Shown here piece after piece: positions 45,191 through 62,360 of a stretch of DNA of 64,000 nucleotides. Source of the DNA: the human T2T-CHM13v2.0 reference genome, Homo sapiens; the NCBI RefSeq assembly GCF_009914755.1, contig NC_060930.1; one strand, 5' to 3'. Position 1 is the stretch's first letter, and each line of letters opens with the position of its first letter. The notes beneath the pieces are model-generated. The model was not told where the DNA came from and did not search any database. It was given only the letters and a program-made list of their open reading frames with translations. The position numbers and the translations under genes are program-made.

Positions 45191-46340
45191 TTGTTTTATA
45201 AATTTTTAATGGTAGCTGTTCTAACTGGTGTGAGATGGTACCTCATTGTGGTTTTGATTTGTACTTCTCTAATGATTAGTGATGAGGAACATTTTTTCAT
45301 ATGTTTGTTGGCCACTTATATGTCTTCTTTTGAGAAATGTCTGTTCATGTTGTTAGCCCATTTTTAAATAGCATTATTTTGGTTTTTGTTTTTTCAGTTG
45401 TTTAAGTTCCTTACAGATTCTAGATACTAGACCTTTGTCAGATGCACAGTTTGTGAATATTTTCTCCCATTCTGTATGCTGGCTGTTGACTCTGTTGTTA
45501 GTTTCTTCTGCTGTGCAGAAGCCCTTTAGTAGAATTAGGTCCCACTTGCCAATTTTTTGTTTTTGTTATAATTGCTTTTTGAGGACTTAGTTATCAATTC
45601 TTTCCCCAAGGTTGATGCCAGAATGATGTTTCCCAGGTATTCTTCTAGAACTATTACAGCTTGAAGTCTTATATTTAAATGTTTAATCCTTCTTGAGTTA
45701 ACTTTTGTTTATGGTGAAATGCAGAGGTCCAGTTTCATCCTTCTACCTATGGCTAGCCAGCTATCCTAGCACCATGTATTCAATAGGCAGTTCCTTCCTC
45801 ATTGCTTATTTTTGTCAACTTGGTCAAAGATCAGATGGTTATAGGAGTGTGACTTTATTTTGGGGTTCTCTAATCTGATCTGTTGATTTATGTGCCTATT
45901 TTTCTACCAGTAACATGCTGTTTTGGTTACGGCTGAGTAATGTGATGCCTCCACCTTTGTTATTTTTGCTTAGAATTGCTTTGGCTATTCAGGATCTTTT
46001 TTGGTTACATATGAATTTTAGAATACTTTTTTCTAATTCTGTGAAAAATGACATAGGCAGGTTGATAGGAATAGCATTGAATCTCTAGATTGCTTTGGGC
46101 CATATGGCCATTTTAACGATATTGGTTCTTCCAATCCATGAGCATGGACTGTTTTCCCATTTGTTTGTATCATCTATGATTTCTTTCAGCAGTGTTTTAT
46201 GAGTCTTCCTGTAGAGATCGCTCACCTCCTTAATTAGATGTATTTGTACGTATTTTATTTCTTTTGCAGCTATTGCAAATGATTTGTATTCTTGATTTGG
46301 CTATCAGCTTAAATGTTAGTGGTGAATAGAAATGCTACTG

Positions 46341-46417
46341 TTTTTTTAACTTTAAAGGAAAATTTTATTTCAGTTTAAGCTAAAAGGGGGAGCTCTTTGA
46401 TTTTGTGAGAATTTCTA
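46341..46417 (-). pseudogene. 77-bp retroposed polyadenylated RNA 3' end, source unidentified
   Basis: Non-L1 insert flanked by 11-bp TSD aaatgctactg (46330-46340, 46418-46428). On the minus strand AATAAA (46364-46369) lies ~16 nt before an A7 tail (46341-46347). Confidence 0.8.
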
Positions 46418-47519
46418 AAATGCTACTGACTTTTGTACATTAATTTTGTATCCTGAAACTTTACTGAAGTCATTTATTAAGTCTAGCAGGTGTCTGGTGG
46501 AGTCTTTAGTGTTTTCTAGATATAGAATCATTTCATCCATTTAAGAGAGATCATCTGGCTTTTCTTCCTATTTGGATGCCTTTTCTTTCTCTTGCCTGCT
46601 TGCTCTTGCTAGCACTTGTGGAGGCACTCTTCATGGCTTCATGTCTACTAAAACTCTATGGATTTTTAGGGTGAAAGTCTTTTTCTGAAATGTTCCCTGA
46701 ACAGCCTAATCCACGTACTTAAAAAAATTCTTTAATAGTCTCGTATTCTCTAATGTAAATGTTGTGAAAGTTAACAAACCTCCAGCAAGCCTTTGTTACT
46801 TAAAAGTCCTTTTCTTTAGAAAACTGTTAAGAGAAGTGAAAATTTCAGAAGTTTATAACTCTATAACAATATTTATATGTTTTGAAATAGGGTATAGGTC
46901 TAGAAACTTATCCTAAGGTTGTGAGGAAAAAAAATCCTAATCCACATTGTAAATGCTCAAGGAAAGATGTTTTACACTTGCACTAGACTCAATTTTTTAT
47001 TCTGTATTAAAGTGAGATGGCCAAATATTTAGGCATATGTATTGGTTAGAGTCCTTAAGTTTTATACTTTGGGGGTTTATATTCTTTCATCTGCCACATG
47101 GATCATCTGGAGTCTAAGTTGCTTTAAGGGAATATAACCTGCAACTTCTTAAATTCTTGTAAAAATTTACTTGAGAGTAATATTAGTCATGGATAATTGA
47201 ATAACGGCCTGTAGTCCATTCATTCCTCTACATTAACTGTGTTCTTAGGTCAAACTAGAGCATAAGAAAGCTGTAAACAATGAAAACACTGTTTTAGTCC
47301 TTTATATAACTACTATTACTGGCTTGTGTTTGTGTTTATATTTAATTTAGTGCAAATAAGAGTCACTTTAGGTTCTTGAGCAGGGAGTAACACATGAGAG
47401 CAATATATTGTGAAGATGATTCTGCAATGTTTTCCCTAATTTCATGTAACTAATATCCCTGGAAAGTAAAAAATTTACACCAAGTAAATAATAGTTTTTA
47501 AAAATTTAGTATACATGTT

Positions 47520-49735
47520 TTACTTCCAGCAGAGATGGGGTCGTAAGGGTTAGAATTACCCTCCTGACTGAAACATTCAAATATTGGAAAAACATATTTG
47601 AAACAATGATTTAAAGACACTGGAAAACAGTAAATGAAGGATATCGATTCCTGAGATAGGAAACAAAGTGAGCCCAGTGTTTGTCCCAGCTTACTGCTGT
47701 GAGGAAGTTTCCAGGTGATAGCGCAAAGAAGGGAGACAGAGCCTGCTAGACTCCCCAAAATGAGGAAATGGAGTTGGGAATCTAGGGGACCAAGATAGTT
47801 AAGAGTTCACAGAACAGAGTTCAGGAATGGAGAAAGCTGCACCCGTAGATAACTCCAGAGATCTGCAGATGGTTCTTCTCAAGTATTCAGTAGAGTACTG
47901 AATAGTGCGTGCATGTGAGAAAAATACCCCAGTCCTAGGAAATAAGGATTAGAGAAAATGGTTCCTGGCACTAATACAGCACCTGTAATAGTGCCTGTAC
48001 ATCACAGCCAGGTTGAAAAAACTCAAAACTGGGCAGAGTATTCAGAAAGTTTTGCTTCATTAGTGGGAAATAATTCATCCTAGATCAACATTTTCTGGTT
48101 CTGAAATAGCAAATCTTAAATGTAAGAATAGAATGACTCAAACTCTTTCTAATAACTGCATCCAAAACCAAAGTTTAAGGATATTTTTGGAATACCAATA
48201 TATCAACCACCCAACTAGGTAAAATTTACAATGTCTCAAGTCTGATCAAAGATTAACCAGTATGCAAAGAAGCAGGAAATCACAATCCATTATAAGCAGA
48301 AAAATCAACCACTCAAAACCAACTTACTCATGTTTTAATGATCAGGCAAGGATATCCATGTTGTTATAACTAGATTTCATATATTCAAAAAGCTAAGTAG
48401 AGATAGGGAACGTTCTATACAAAACTCCAAATCAAACTTCTAGAGATAAAAGCTATTATTTCTTACCTAAAAATACATTTGAAGGGGTGAATGAAAGATT
48501 AACATTGAAGAAGATTAGTAAACTTGAAGACATAAAAATGGTACTATTTGAAATAAAACAGTGAGATAATCATCATAATAAAGTGCATCAGTGAGCTATA
48601 GGACAAATTATGTGGCCTATTATATGTGTATTTGAAATCCTTGAAGTTGAGGGTGGGGGTAGAGATATGAAAAGTATAAACCTGTGGATTCAAGAATCTC
48701 AAAGAAATCTAAGCACAAGAAACATGAAGAAAACTACACCAAGGGATATTATAATTAAACTAGTTAAAAAAAAAAAAAGCAGTCATAAGGGAAACATCTT
48801 AAAAGGGGCCCAAGAAAAAGAACATACTATGCACAGGAAGACAAAGATAAATAATTAACTAGATTTTTTTTATTAGAAAAAAATGTGAGAACACAGCAGA
48901 TCAACATCTTTAAAGTACTAAAAGAAAAAATACTGGCAACTTAGAATTCTATGCCCAGTGAAAATAGTTTTCAAACACAAAGATGAAATAAAGACTTTTT
49001 CAGACACACAAAATCAGAAAAAAAAATCATCCACAGCAAAACCATACTATAAAAAATGTTCAAGAAAGTTTTTCAGGCAGATGGAAAATTATACAAAAAG
49101 GAAATACGGATCTACACAAAGGAATATAGAACATCAGAAATGGTAACTATGTGAGTAAATATAAAATACTTTTTCTTTTTAAAATTTCTTTAAAAATAAC
49201 CAACTGTTAAACAGATATAATTTCATTATCATGTGGAGTTCATATATATGAACAAGCAAACTGTATTACAATGATAGGATAAAGACCAGAAGGGAAAAAA
49301 TAGAATTACACTGTTGTCAGTTTCTTATGTTATATGTGAAGTATTACAATATCACTTGAAGATAGATTGTGATAAGTTAATGGAGTGAGACATTTATATG
49401 GGAAACAACATGGAAGAATCTGAAAGTAATTATGCCAAGTAAAAGAAGCCAGACAAAAAAGACTACATAATGCATGATTTCATATATGTAAAACTCTAGA
49501 AAATGCAAACTAATCTATAATGACAGCAGATAAGTGGTTGCCTGAAATGGGAGAGGGGGCTATTGCCAAAGAGATAGAAAGGACACACAAGAGAAAACTT
49601 TTAGGGATGATGAATATGATTATTTTCTTGATGTTGATGATGTTTTCACAGAATAATACTCTATCAAAACTTATCAAATGGTACACTTTAAGTGTGCATT
49701 GTTTATTGTATAAAAACATACTCAAAACTTTAAAA
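47520..49735 (+). mobile_element. Ancient L1M (MC/MD-type): 5'UTR and ORF1 remnant joined to 3'UTR
   Basis: ORF1p-like peptides KKTTPRDIIIKL (48610 ORF) and FKHKDEIKTFSD (48958 ORF). From ~49400 an L1MD-like 3'UTR (aaaagaagccagacaaaaaagactacata...aaaatgcaaactaatctata). Confidence 0.8.
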
Positions 49736-50934
49736 TATATCAGTATAAAAAGGTCAATGTTTTGGAAATCTTACTTGTTTATTTAGTAAAGAACATTTGG
49801 TAAGCATAAGGTGACCTTAGTTAATGGTAGAACTGAAATAGTTAATGTTTGTCAGGAAAGCAGCTAAACTGAACCTTAAATACTTATCAGTATGTTTTTT
49901 TAATAAAAAAATCCAGGATTCAAAAGGATATGTAATAAAATTAAAGTGATATAGATAGAATTTATTTTGTGTAATAGAATTTTTTTTGCATCAGAATTTT
50001 AAATTAGTATTCAAGAACTGTTTTCTTCAACTTATGAGGTGGAAGAATTCTATCATTCATCATAAAAATGAATTTTTTTGCCTTCTAGTGATATTTTTGT
50101 CAACCTCACAAGTTCAATTTTTAAATATACATTTTATTATATGGTATTAAAACTCAATATAAAAAATGCATTTTAGCCATTAAATACCAGTGGTATAGTT
50201 CTTAGGCATGGTTGGTAGTTTATATAAACTGATTATAGACTTTCTTCATAGGAACTTGGCAAATGTATTTGATGTACTACTTGATTTAACATCTATGCTT
50301 CCAAATGTTTATTATAAAGAAATTACCAAGGTAAGCAGATTTAGTTATAAAGGTGCTCATTGTATCCTTGTTTATTGTGGTTAAAAAACAGATATAGTTT
50401 TGATGTTTAATAACCAGGTATTATTTAAATAAATAGCACATCCAATATCAAAGTATGCATCCACTATGAATGATGCTGAGGGATATTTAACAGCATAAAA
50501 TATATTAATAAAAATTGAAAATTATAAAGTATAATTTACAAAATAACTTGTATAGGATGCTACAGTTTTATATTTTAAAAGTATGTGTATATAACAGTAA
50601 ATATACAAAAACATATATATACGATCCCTTATTATTACAGAAATAATCCTGTATTTCAGTTACTTATTAATGTGAAGAAAACCACCTAAAAATGTTGTGG
50701 CTTAAAACAACAATTTTCCCCCACAATTTTGTTTGTTTGATGAGACCACATGAACTTTCCTGTGGAAGGGGGATAGATAAATAGCAGGGAACACCAATCA
50801 ATGCCTGGTAGTTGGGAAAAGAAGAAGTATCCAGCTCAGGACACTGAGGATTAGTCAGTGAAGTAGGAGGTTAAACCAGCAATGTGTCTAGTTTTGTAAA
50901 CCAAATGGAAAAGATGTTTCAAGAAAGAAGGAGA

Positions 50935-51236
50935 CACTTTGGGAGGCTGAGGGAGGTGGATCACTTGAGGTCAGGAGTTCAAGACCAGCCGGGCCAATAT
51001 GGTGAAACTCCTCTCTACAAAAAAAAAAAAAAAGCAAAAAACAAAAAACCAAAAACCAAAAACAAGCAAACAAACAAATTTTATGGGTGGGGTAGCACAC
51101 GTGCTTGTAGTACCAGCCACTTAGGAGGCTGAGGCAGGAGAATCGCTTGAACCCACGAGGCAGAAGTTGCAGTGAGCTGAGATTGCACCACTGCACTCCA
51201 GCCTGGGCTACAGAGAAAGATATCGTCGCAAGAAAA

Positions 51237-51240
<4 letters not shown>
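50935..51240 (+). mobile_element. AluS SINE, 5'-truncated, with expanded A-rich middle linker
   Basis: Starts at cactttgggaggctgagg. The linker at ~51019-51078 is ~60 nt of A-rich sequence. The right arm is complete. Confidence 0.93.
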
Positions 51241-51291
<51 letters not shown>

Positions 51292-51426
51292 GAGGGAGGG
51301 AGGGAGGGAGAAAAGGAAGGGAAGGGAGGGGAGGGAAGGGGAGGGGAGGGGAGGGCAGGGAAGGGAAGGGAAGGGAAAGGAAAGGAGGGAAGGCTGGAAG
51401 GAAGGAAGGAAGGAAGGAAGGGAAAA
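51241..51426. repeat. (GA)n followed by GGGA/GGGAA/GGAA polypurine tract
   Basis: About 185 nt of almost pure purine on the + strand, derived from the Alu tail. Confidence 0.95.
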
Positions 51427-53019
51427 TAGCTATCAAGGCTTATGAGAGAAAGAGAGGAATAATAAGGAAAATTAAACATTGACTTTTTAAAATATGGAGG
51501 TTTTTGGCAACCTTGTCAAAAGCTGTTTCATGGAGTAGGTTCAAGACAATAGCAAAGAAGTGAAGGCAAATTCTCCAGTTTTATTAAAGAACAGATTCAC
51601 TTTACAGTGTTGACGCAAAGAATTAGCCAATTTTCTGAAGTCACCAAAATGCAGAAATTATTTATCTCAGATCTTCCAATTGTTATAAAGAAGATAGCAC
51701 AGATTTAACTTAATTTGTTGACTTACTTATTGCCAGGGAGTAAACTCTTGTCCACTTAGTAAATCTGCACCCAAATTGGGGGAGAGATTTGTGTTTGGGG
51801 CAGTAAGTTGTCCTCATATAGACTTTTAATTAACACATATTTAGCACCCAGTCTCCCATTTAATTCCGTATTACCTGGCATTTCTCAGTTTCCAGTGTTC
51901 TGAGATTTTGAACAGGTGGCAGGCTACCTTTTGGCTCTGCCTTCTCTACATGTTCCCTAGGAAATATCTTCATTTGTTTTTCTGTCTGCTAAACATCTAC
52001 GAGAAATCTATTACAATTTCTTAATTATTAAAGACTCTAACTTGGTCCTTTTATGACTGTATACCATTTTTTCCTTCTTTTATTTTAATGAGTCTCAGGG
52101 AAGAGGGGAGATAAATATATTTATTTAAGCTTCCACTTGTAAACAAAGATTTACGTGCATTTATTTTTGGGTGGGAGGCTGAGAAGAAGGGATAACTGTT
52201 ATATTATGATCTTTACTCTCCTCCTGTGTAAAAATATAATAATTCTTACTTTTGTAAAACAGAAGTAATTTTTAGAATATTGAATTAGTTATTCTTTAAA
52301 TAAAGTATGTTGCTTTCAAAAAATAGGCTTATTTAGTATAAATGTAAGCAAAACATGAAACCAGTTATAATACAGTTTTGTAATCATGTATAATGCAGTT
52401 TTTCCTATAAGATGCTCAAATCAGCTATGAGATATACAATATATCTTTAGATGAAAGTCATGGATATATTATGGTCCTCAAGAATTATTTTAGAAACAAT
52501 TAAAACAGGAATGTTGAGGAATTTTAGAGATGTTCTAGAAGGATTACAAGCCTTTATTTCATGGGGAATTAAGAAGGGAATGCAAAGGAAATTGATGTTA
52601 TATTAGATAGTTATCTACCTAAAGTATTTACATAATTCTTGGAAAAAAAAAAGAATAGAAGGGAAAGTACAAGGCCTCACCAATTATACTAACTGAGAAA
52701 TTCAGAATGTATATTCACATGTTATAATGGATGCCATAGTTTCAGACCTTAAAATCATAAACACATATATATGTATATAATGATAAATATATAATGCAAT
52801 ATATATGATATACATGTATATACCTAACTTACATATCCAATCTTGATCTGAGAAATTATATTTCCATATACTTAAATAATCTTGATGTAAATTTGAAAAA
52901 ATCTTTGTTTCACCTGTGAAATTTGTGTTAAAAAATTCAGCATTGAGGACTAATTTTTGTTGCATTTACAGTGATTGATACCATGGTTAAAAAAGAAAAA
53001 GGCTGTAACAATATGTATT

Positions 53020-56000
53020 TCCTTTTACTTTTATTTTAGGTTCAGGGGTACATATGTATGTTTGTTTTATAGCTCATCTCATGTCATGGGGGTTTGATTT
53101 TGTCACTCAGGTACTGAGCATAGTACCCAATAGTTATTTGTTCTGCTTGTATTCCTCCTCTCACCCTCCACCCTCAAGTAGACCCCAGTGTCTGTTGTTC
53201 CCTTCTTTTTTTTTTTTCTTTTTTTTTGAGATGGAGTCTCACTCTGCTGCCCAGGTTGGATTGCAATGGCACAATCTCGGCCACTGCAACCTCTGCCTCC
53301 TGTGTTCAAGCAATTCTCCTACCTCAGCCTCATGAGAAGCTGGGATTATAGGCATCCACCACCATGCCTGGCTAATTTTTGTATTTTTTTTTTTTAGTAG
53401 AGATGGGGTTTTACCATGTTGTCCAGGCTGGTCTTGATCTCCTGACCTCATGATCCACCTGCCTCGGCCTCCCAAAGTGCTGAGATTACAGGCATGAGCC
53501 ACCGTGCCCGGCCTGTTGTTTCCTTCTTTGTGTCTATGAGTTCTCATAATTTAGCTCCCACTTATAAGTGAGAACATGCAGTATTCGGTTTTTTGTTCCT
53601 GCATTAGTTTGCTAAGGATTATGACCTCCAGCTCCATCCATGTTCCTACAAACGATCTGACCTTGTTCTTTTATATGGCTGCATAGTATTCCATGGTGTA
53701 TATGTACCACATTTTCTTTATCCAGTCATTCATTCATGGACATTTAGGTTGATTCCATGTCTTTGCTATTGTGAATAGTGCTGCAATGAGCATTTATGTG
53801 CATGTGTCTTTAGGGTAGAATGATTTATATTCCTCTGGGTATATGCCCAGTAATGGGATTGCTGGGTAGAATAGGTAGTTCTGTTTTTAGCTTTTTGAGG
53901 AATCACCACACTGCTTTCCACAATGGTTAAACTAATTTACACTCTCTTCAACAGTGTGTAAGTGTTCCCTTTTCTCTGCAACCTCACCAGTATTCTGTTA
54001 TTTTCTTACTTTTTAATAATAGCCATTCTGACTGGTGTAAGATGGTATCTCATTGTGGTTTTGATTTTCATTTCTCTAATGATCAGAGATAACAAACTTT
54101 TTTTCATATGCTTGTTGGCTGCATGTGTGTCTTCTTGTGAAAAGTGTTTATGTCATTTGCCCACTTTTTAATGGAGTTGTTTTTATCCACTTATAAATTT
54201 AAGTTTCTTAATTAAATACTGGATATTAGATCTTTGTCAGATGCATAGTTTGCAAATATTTTCTCCCATTCTGTAGGTTGTTTACTCCATTGATAGTTTC
54301 TTTTGTTCTGCAGAAGCTCTTTAAATAGATTCCTTTTGTCAATTTTTGCTTTTGTTGTGATTGCTTTTGGCATCTTTGTCATGAAATCTTTGCCCATTCC
54401 TATGTCCAGAATGGCATTGCCTAGGTTGTCTTTTGGGGTTTTTATAGTTTTCAGTTACATATTTAAGTCTTTAATCCATCTCGAGTAGATCTTTGTATAT
54501 GGTATAAGGAAAGGGTCCAGCTTAAATCTTCTGCATATGTCTAGCCAGTTATCCCAGCACCATTTATTGAACAGGGAGTCCTGTCCCCATTGCTTGTTTT
54601 TGTCAGCTTTGTTGTAGATCAGATGGTCCTATTTATGCAGCCTTATTTCTGAGCTTTCTATTCTGTTCCATTGGTATGTGTCTGTTTTTGTACCAGTACC
54701 ACGCTGTGTTGGTTAGTGTGATCCTGTGGTTTGAAATCATGTAGCATGATACCTTCAGTTTTGTTCTTTTTGCTTAGGATTGCCTTGGTTATTTGGGCTG
54801 TTTTGGTTCCATATACATTTATTTTTTTTAGTTCAGTGAAGAATGTCATTAGTAGTTTGATAGGAATAGCATTAAATCTATAAATTGCTTTGGGTAATAT
54901 GGCCATTTTAATGATACTGATTATTCCTATCCATGAGCATGGAATGTTTTGCCATTTGTTTGCGTCATCTCTGATTTCTTTGAGCAGTGTTTTTAAATAA
55001 TCATTGTAGAGATCTTTCACCTCCCTGGTTATCTGCATTCCCAGGTATTTTATTTTCTTTGTGGTAATTGTGAATGGGATCACGTTCCTGGTTTGGCTCT
55101 TGGCTTGACAGTTGTTGGTGTATAGGAATGCTAGTGATATTTGTATATTGATTTTGTATCCTGATATTTCACTGAAGTTGTTTATCGGCTAAAGGAGCTT
55201 TTGGGCCAAGATGATGGCATTTTCTAGATATAGAATCATATGGTCTGCACACAGGGATAGTTTGACTTCCTCTCTTCCTATGTAGATGTCATTTATTTCT
55301 TTTTCCTGATTCCTCTGGCCAGGACTTCCAATACTGTGTTGAATATAAGTGGTGAGAGTAGACATCCTTGGCTTGTTTCAGTTTTCAAGGGGAAAGTTTC
55401 TAGCTTTTGCCCATTCATTATGATGCTGGCTGTGAGTTTGTCATAGAGGACTCTTACTATTATGAGTTGTGTTCATTCAATATCTCGTTTATTGAGAATT
55501 TTTAACATAAAGGGATGTTGAATTTTATTGAAAGCCTCTTTGCAGCTACTGAGATAATCATGTGGTTTTTGTCTTTAGTTCTGTTAAATGTGATGAATCA
55601 CATTTATTGATTTGTGTATGAGGAACCAAGCTTGCACCTGGGGATGAAGCCTACTTGATCATGGTGGCTAACTCTTTTTGATGTGCTGCTGGATCTGGTT
55701 TCCAAGTAGTTTCTGAGGATTTTCTTATCATTGTTCATCATATTGATCTGAGGTTCCTTTTTGTGTGTGTGTGTCTCTGCCAGGTTTTGGTATCAGGATG
55801 ATACTAGTATCCTAGAATTAGTTAGGGAGGAATCCCTCCTCCTCAATTTTTTGAAATAGTTTCAGTAGGAATAGCACCAGCTCTTCATTTTACCTCTGAT
55901 AGAATTCAACTGTAAATCTGTTTGGTGCTGGGCTTTTTGTTGTTGGTGGTGCTGGTGGGCTATTTAATACTGATTCAATTTGGCAGCTCATTATTTGTCC

Positions 56001-57216
56001 ATTTAGGGAATTAATTTCTTCCTGATTTAGTCTTGGAAGCTTATATGTGTCTAAGGATTTATTAATCTCGTCTTGGTTTTCTAGTTTGTGTGTATAAAGG
56101 TGTTCATTGTAGTATCTGATGCTTACTTTTGTATCTCTGAGGTCCGTGGTAACAGCCCCTTTGTCATTTCTAATTGTGTTTATATGGATATTTTTTCTTT
56201 ATTACTGTAACTAGTGACTATGTATCTTATTAATACTTTCAAACAACCAACCCCTGGATTTGTTGTTCTTTGGATTGGTTTTGTTTCTTGATTTCCTTCA
56301 GTTCAGCTCCGATTTTGGTTATTTTTTGTCTTCTGCTGACTTTGGGGTTGGTTTGCTTTTGCTTCTCTAATTCTTTTCATTATGATGTTATGTAATTAAT
56401 TTGGGATCTTTATAACTTTTTGATGTGAGCATTTAGTGCTGTTAATTTCCCTCAACACTGCCTTAACTATGTCCCGGAGGTGCTGGTGTGTTTTAACTTT
56501 GTCCTCATTAGTTTCAAAGTACTTGATTTCTGCCTTAATTTCATTATTTACCCAAAAGTCATTCAGGAGCATGTTGCTTAATTTCCATGTAATTACCTGG
56601 TTTTGAATGATGTTTTTCAGTCTTAATTACTATTTACTGCACTGTGGTCATACAGTGTGTTTGGTATGATTTCAGTTCTTTTATATTTGCTGAGGATTGT
56701 TTTCTGTTTGGTAATGTGGCTGATTTTAGAGTATGTGTCATATGTCAATGACAAGAATGTATATTCTGATGGTTTTCGGTAGAGAGTTCTGTAGAGGTCT
56801 GTCAGATCCATTTGGTCCCATGTTGAGCTCAGGTCCTAAATACCTTTATTAATTTTCTGACTCAATGATCGGTTTAGTACTGTCAGTTGAGTGTTGAAGT
56901 CTCCTACTATTAACGTGTGGGAGTCTAAGTCTATCTAGGTCTCTAAGAAGTTGCAGGGTGCTCCTGTGCTGGATGTAGGTTTGTTAGGTCTTCCTGTTGA
57001 ATGAAACTTCTACCATAATGCAATGCCCTTGTCTTTTTTTCTTTTTTAACTTTTCTTGGTTTAAAGTTTATTTTGTCTGAAATTAGTACTGCAACCCCTG
57101 CTTTTTTCTGATTTCCATTTGCATGTTAGATTTTCCTCCATCCCAAGATTTTGAGTCTATGGATGTCATGATATGTGAAATGGGTCTCTTGGAGACAGCT
57201 TACCATTGGGTCTTGC
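53020..57216 (-). mobile_element. LINE-1 L1PA14/15-like, nearly all of ORF2, degenerate
   Basis: 3'UTR ttttattttaggttcaggggtac...ccctcaagtagaccccagtgtctgttgttccc. ORF2p-like ORFs at 54212, 54658 and 56623. Homology continues to near the ORF2 N-terminus. Confidence 0.93.
53209..53513 (-). mobile_element. AluS (Sc/Sg-like) SINE nested in L1 3'UTR
   Basis: Full dimer with cctgacctcatgatcc. 16-bp TSD tgttgtt(c/t)ccttcttt at 53193-53208 and 53514-53529. Confidence 0.95.
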
Positions 57217-57448
57217 TTTTTTTTTATTTTTTTAATTTTTATTATTATACTTTAAGTTTTAGGGTACATGTGCACAATGTGCAGGTTAGTTACATATGTA
57301 TACATGTGCCATGCTGGTGTGCTGCACCCATTAACTCATCATTTAGCATTAGGTATATCTCCTAATGCTATACCTCCCCACTCCCCCCACCCCACAACAG
57401 TCCCCAGAGTGTGATGTTCCCCTTCCTGTGTCCATGTGTTCTCATTGT

Positions 57449-61272
<3,824 letters not shown>

Positions 61273-61335
61273 TATGATGTTAGCTGGTGATTTTGCTCGT
61301 TAGTTGATGCAGTTTCTTCCTAGTCTCGATGGTCT

Positions 61336-62360
61336 TTACAATTTGGCATGATTTTGCAGTGGCTGGTACCGGTTGTTCCTTCTGTGTTTAGTGCTTCCTT
61401 CAGGAGCTCTTGTAGGGCAGGCCTGGTGGTGACAAAATCTCTCAGCATTTGTTTGTCTCTAAAGTATTTTATTTATCCTTCACTTATGAAGCTTAGTTTG
61501 GCTGGGTATGCAATTCTGGGTTGAAAATTCTTTTCTTTAAGAATGTTGAATATTGGCTCCCACTCTCTTCTGGCTTGTAGAGTTTCTGCTGAGAGATCTG
61601 CTGTTAGTCTGATGGGCTTCCCTTTGTGGGTAACCCAACCTTTCTCTCTGGCTTCCCTTAACATTTTTTCCTTCATTTCAACTTTGGTGAATCTGACAAT
61701 TATGTGTCTTGGAGTTGCTCTTCTCAAGGAGTATCTTTGTGGCATTCTCTGTATTTCCTGAATCGGAATGTTGGCCTGCCTCGCTAGATTGGGGAAGTTC
61801 TCCTGGATAATATCCTGCAGAGTGTTTTCCAACTTGGTTCCATTCTCCCGGTCACTTTCAGGTACACCAATCAGATGTAGATTTGGTCTTTTCACGTAGT
61901 CCTATATTTCTTGGAGGCTTTTTTTCTTTTTCTCGTTTCTTTTTATTCTTTTTTTCTCTAAACTTCCCTTCTCACTTCATTTCATTCATTTCATCTTCCA
62001 TCACTGATACCCTTTCTTCCAGTTGATCGCATCGGCTCCTGAGGCTTCTGCATTCTTCACGTAGTTCTCGAGCCTTGGCTTTCAGCTCCATCAGCTCCTT
62101 TAAAGCACTTCTCTGTATTGCTTATTCTAGTTATACATTCGTCTAAATTTTTTTCAAAGTTTTCAACTTCTTTGCCTTTGGTTTGAATTTCCTCCTGTAG
62201 CTTGGAGTAGTTTGATCATCTGAAGCCTTCTCTCAACTTGTCAAAGTCATTCTCCATCCAGCTTTGTTCCGTTGCTGGTGAGGAGCTGCGTTCCTTTGGA
62301 GGAGGAGAGGCGCTCTGCTTTTTAGAGTTTCCAGTTTTTCTGCTCTGTTTTTTTCCCCAT
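61336..62360 (-). pseudogene. L1 ORF1p, disrupted
   Basis: ATG at 62360 and stop at 61336. The 61473-61895 fragment has KRPNL..IGVPE, RATPRHIIVRF and YPAKLSF, but the frame is broken. Confidence 0.93.

Larger units (their letters stand above)
44347..46615 (-). mobile_element. LINE-1 L1PA16-like, 5'-truncated, with two nested insertions
   Basis: 3'UTR gtgatgctaaggtttgggg...cccatcacccaggtactg and ORF2 homology. 16-bp TSD ttgtgga(a/g)gcactctt at 44331-44346 and 46616-46631. Confidence 0.93.
50820..51545 (-). mobile_element. L2 relic split by an Alu
   Basis: gtaggaggttaaaccag...tgtttcaagaaagaagg before the Alu and atggaggtttttggcaaccttgtcaaaagctgtttca after it. Confidence 0.6.

Noticed and set aside
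50884-51482. ORFs of 82-182 aa with RE/GR or SL/PF repeats
   Set aside because: Produced by an Alu plus a stop-free purine microsatellite.
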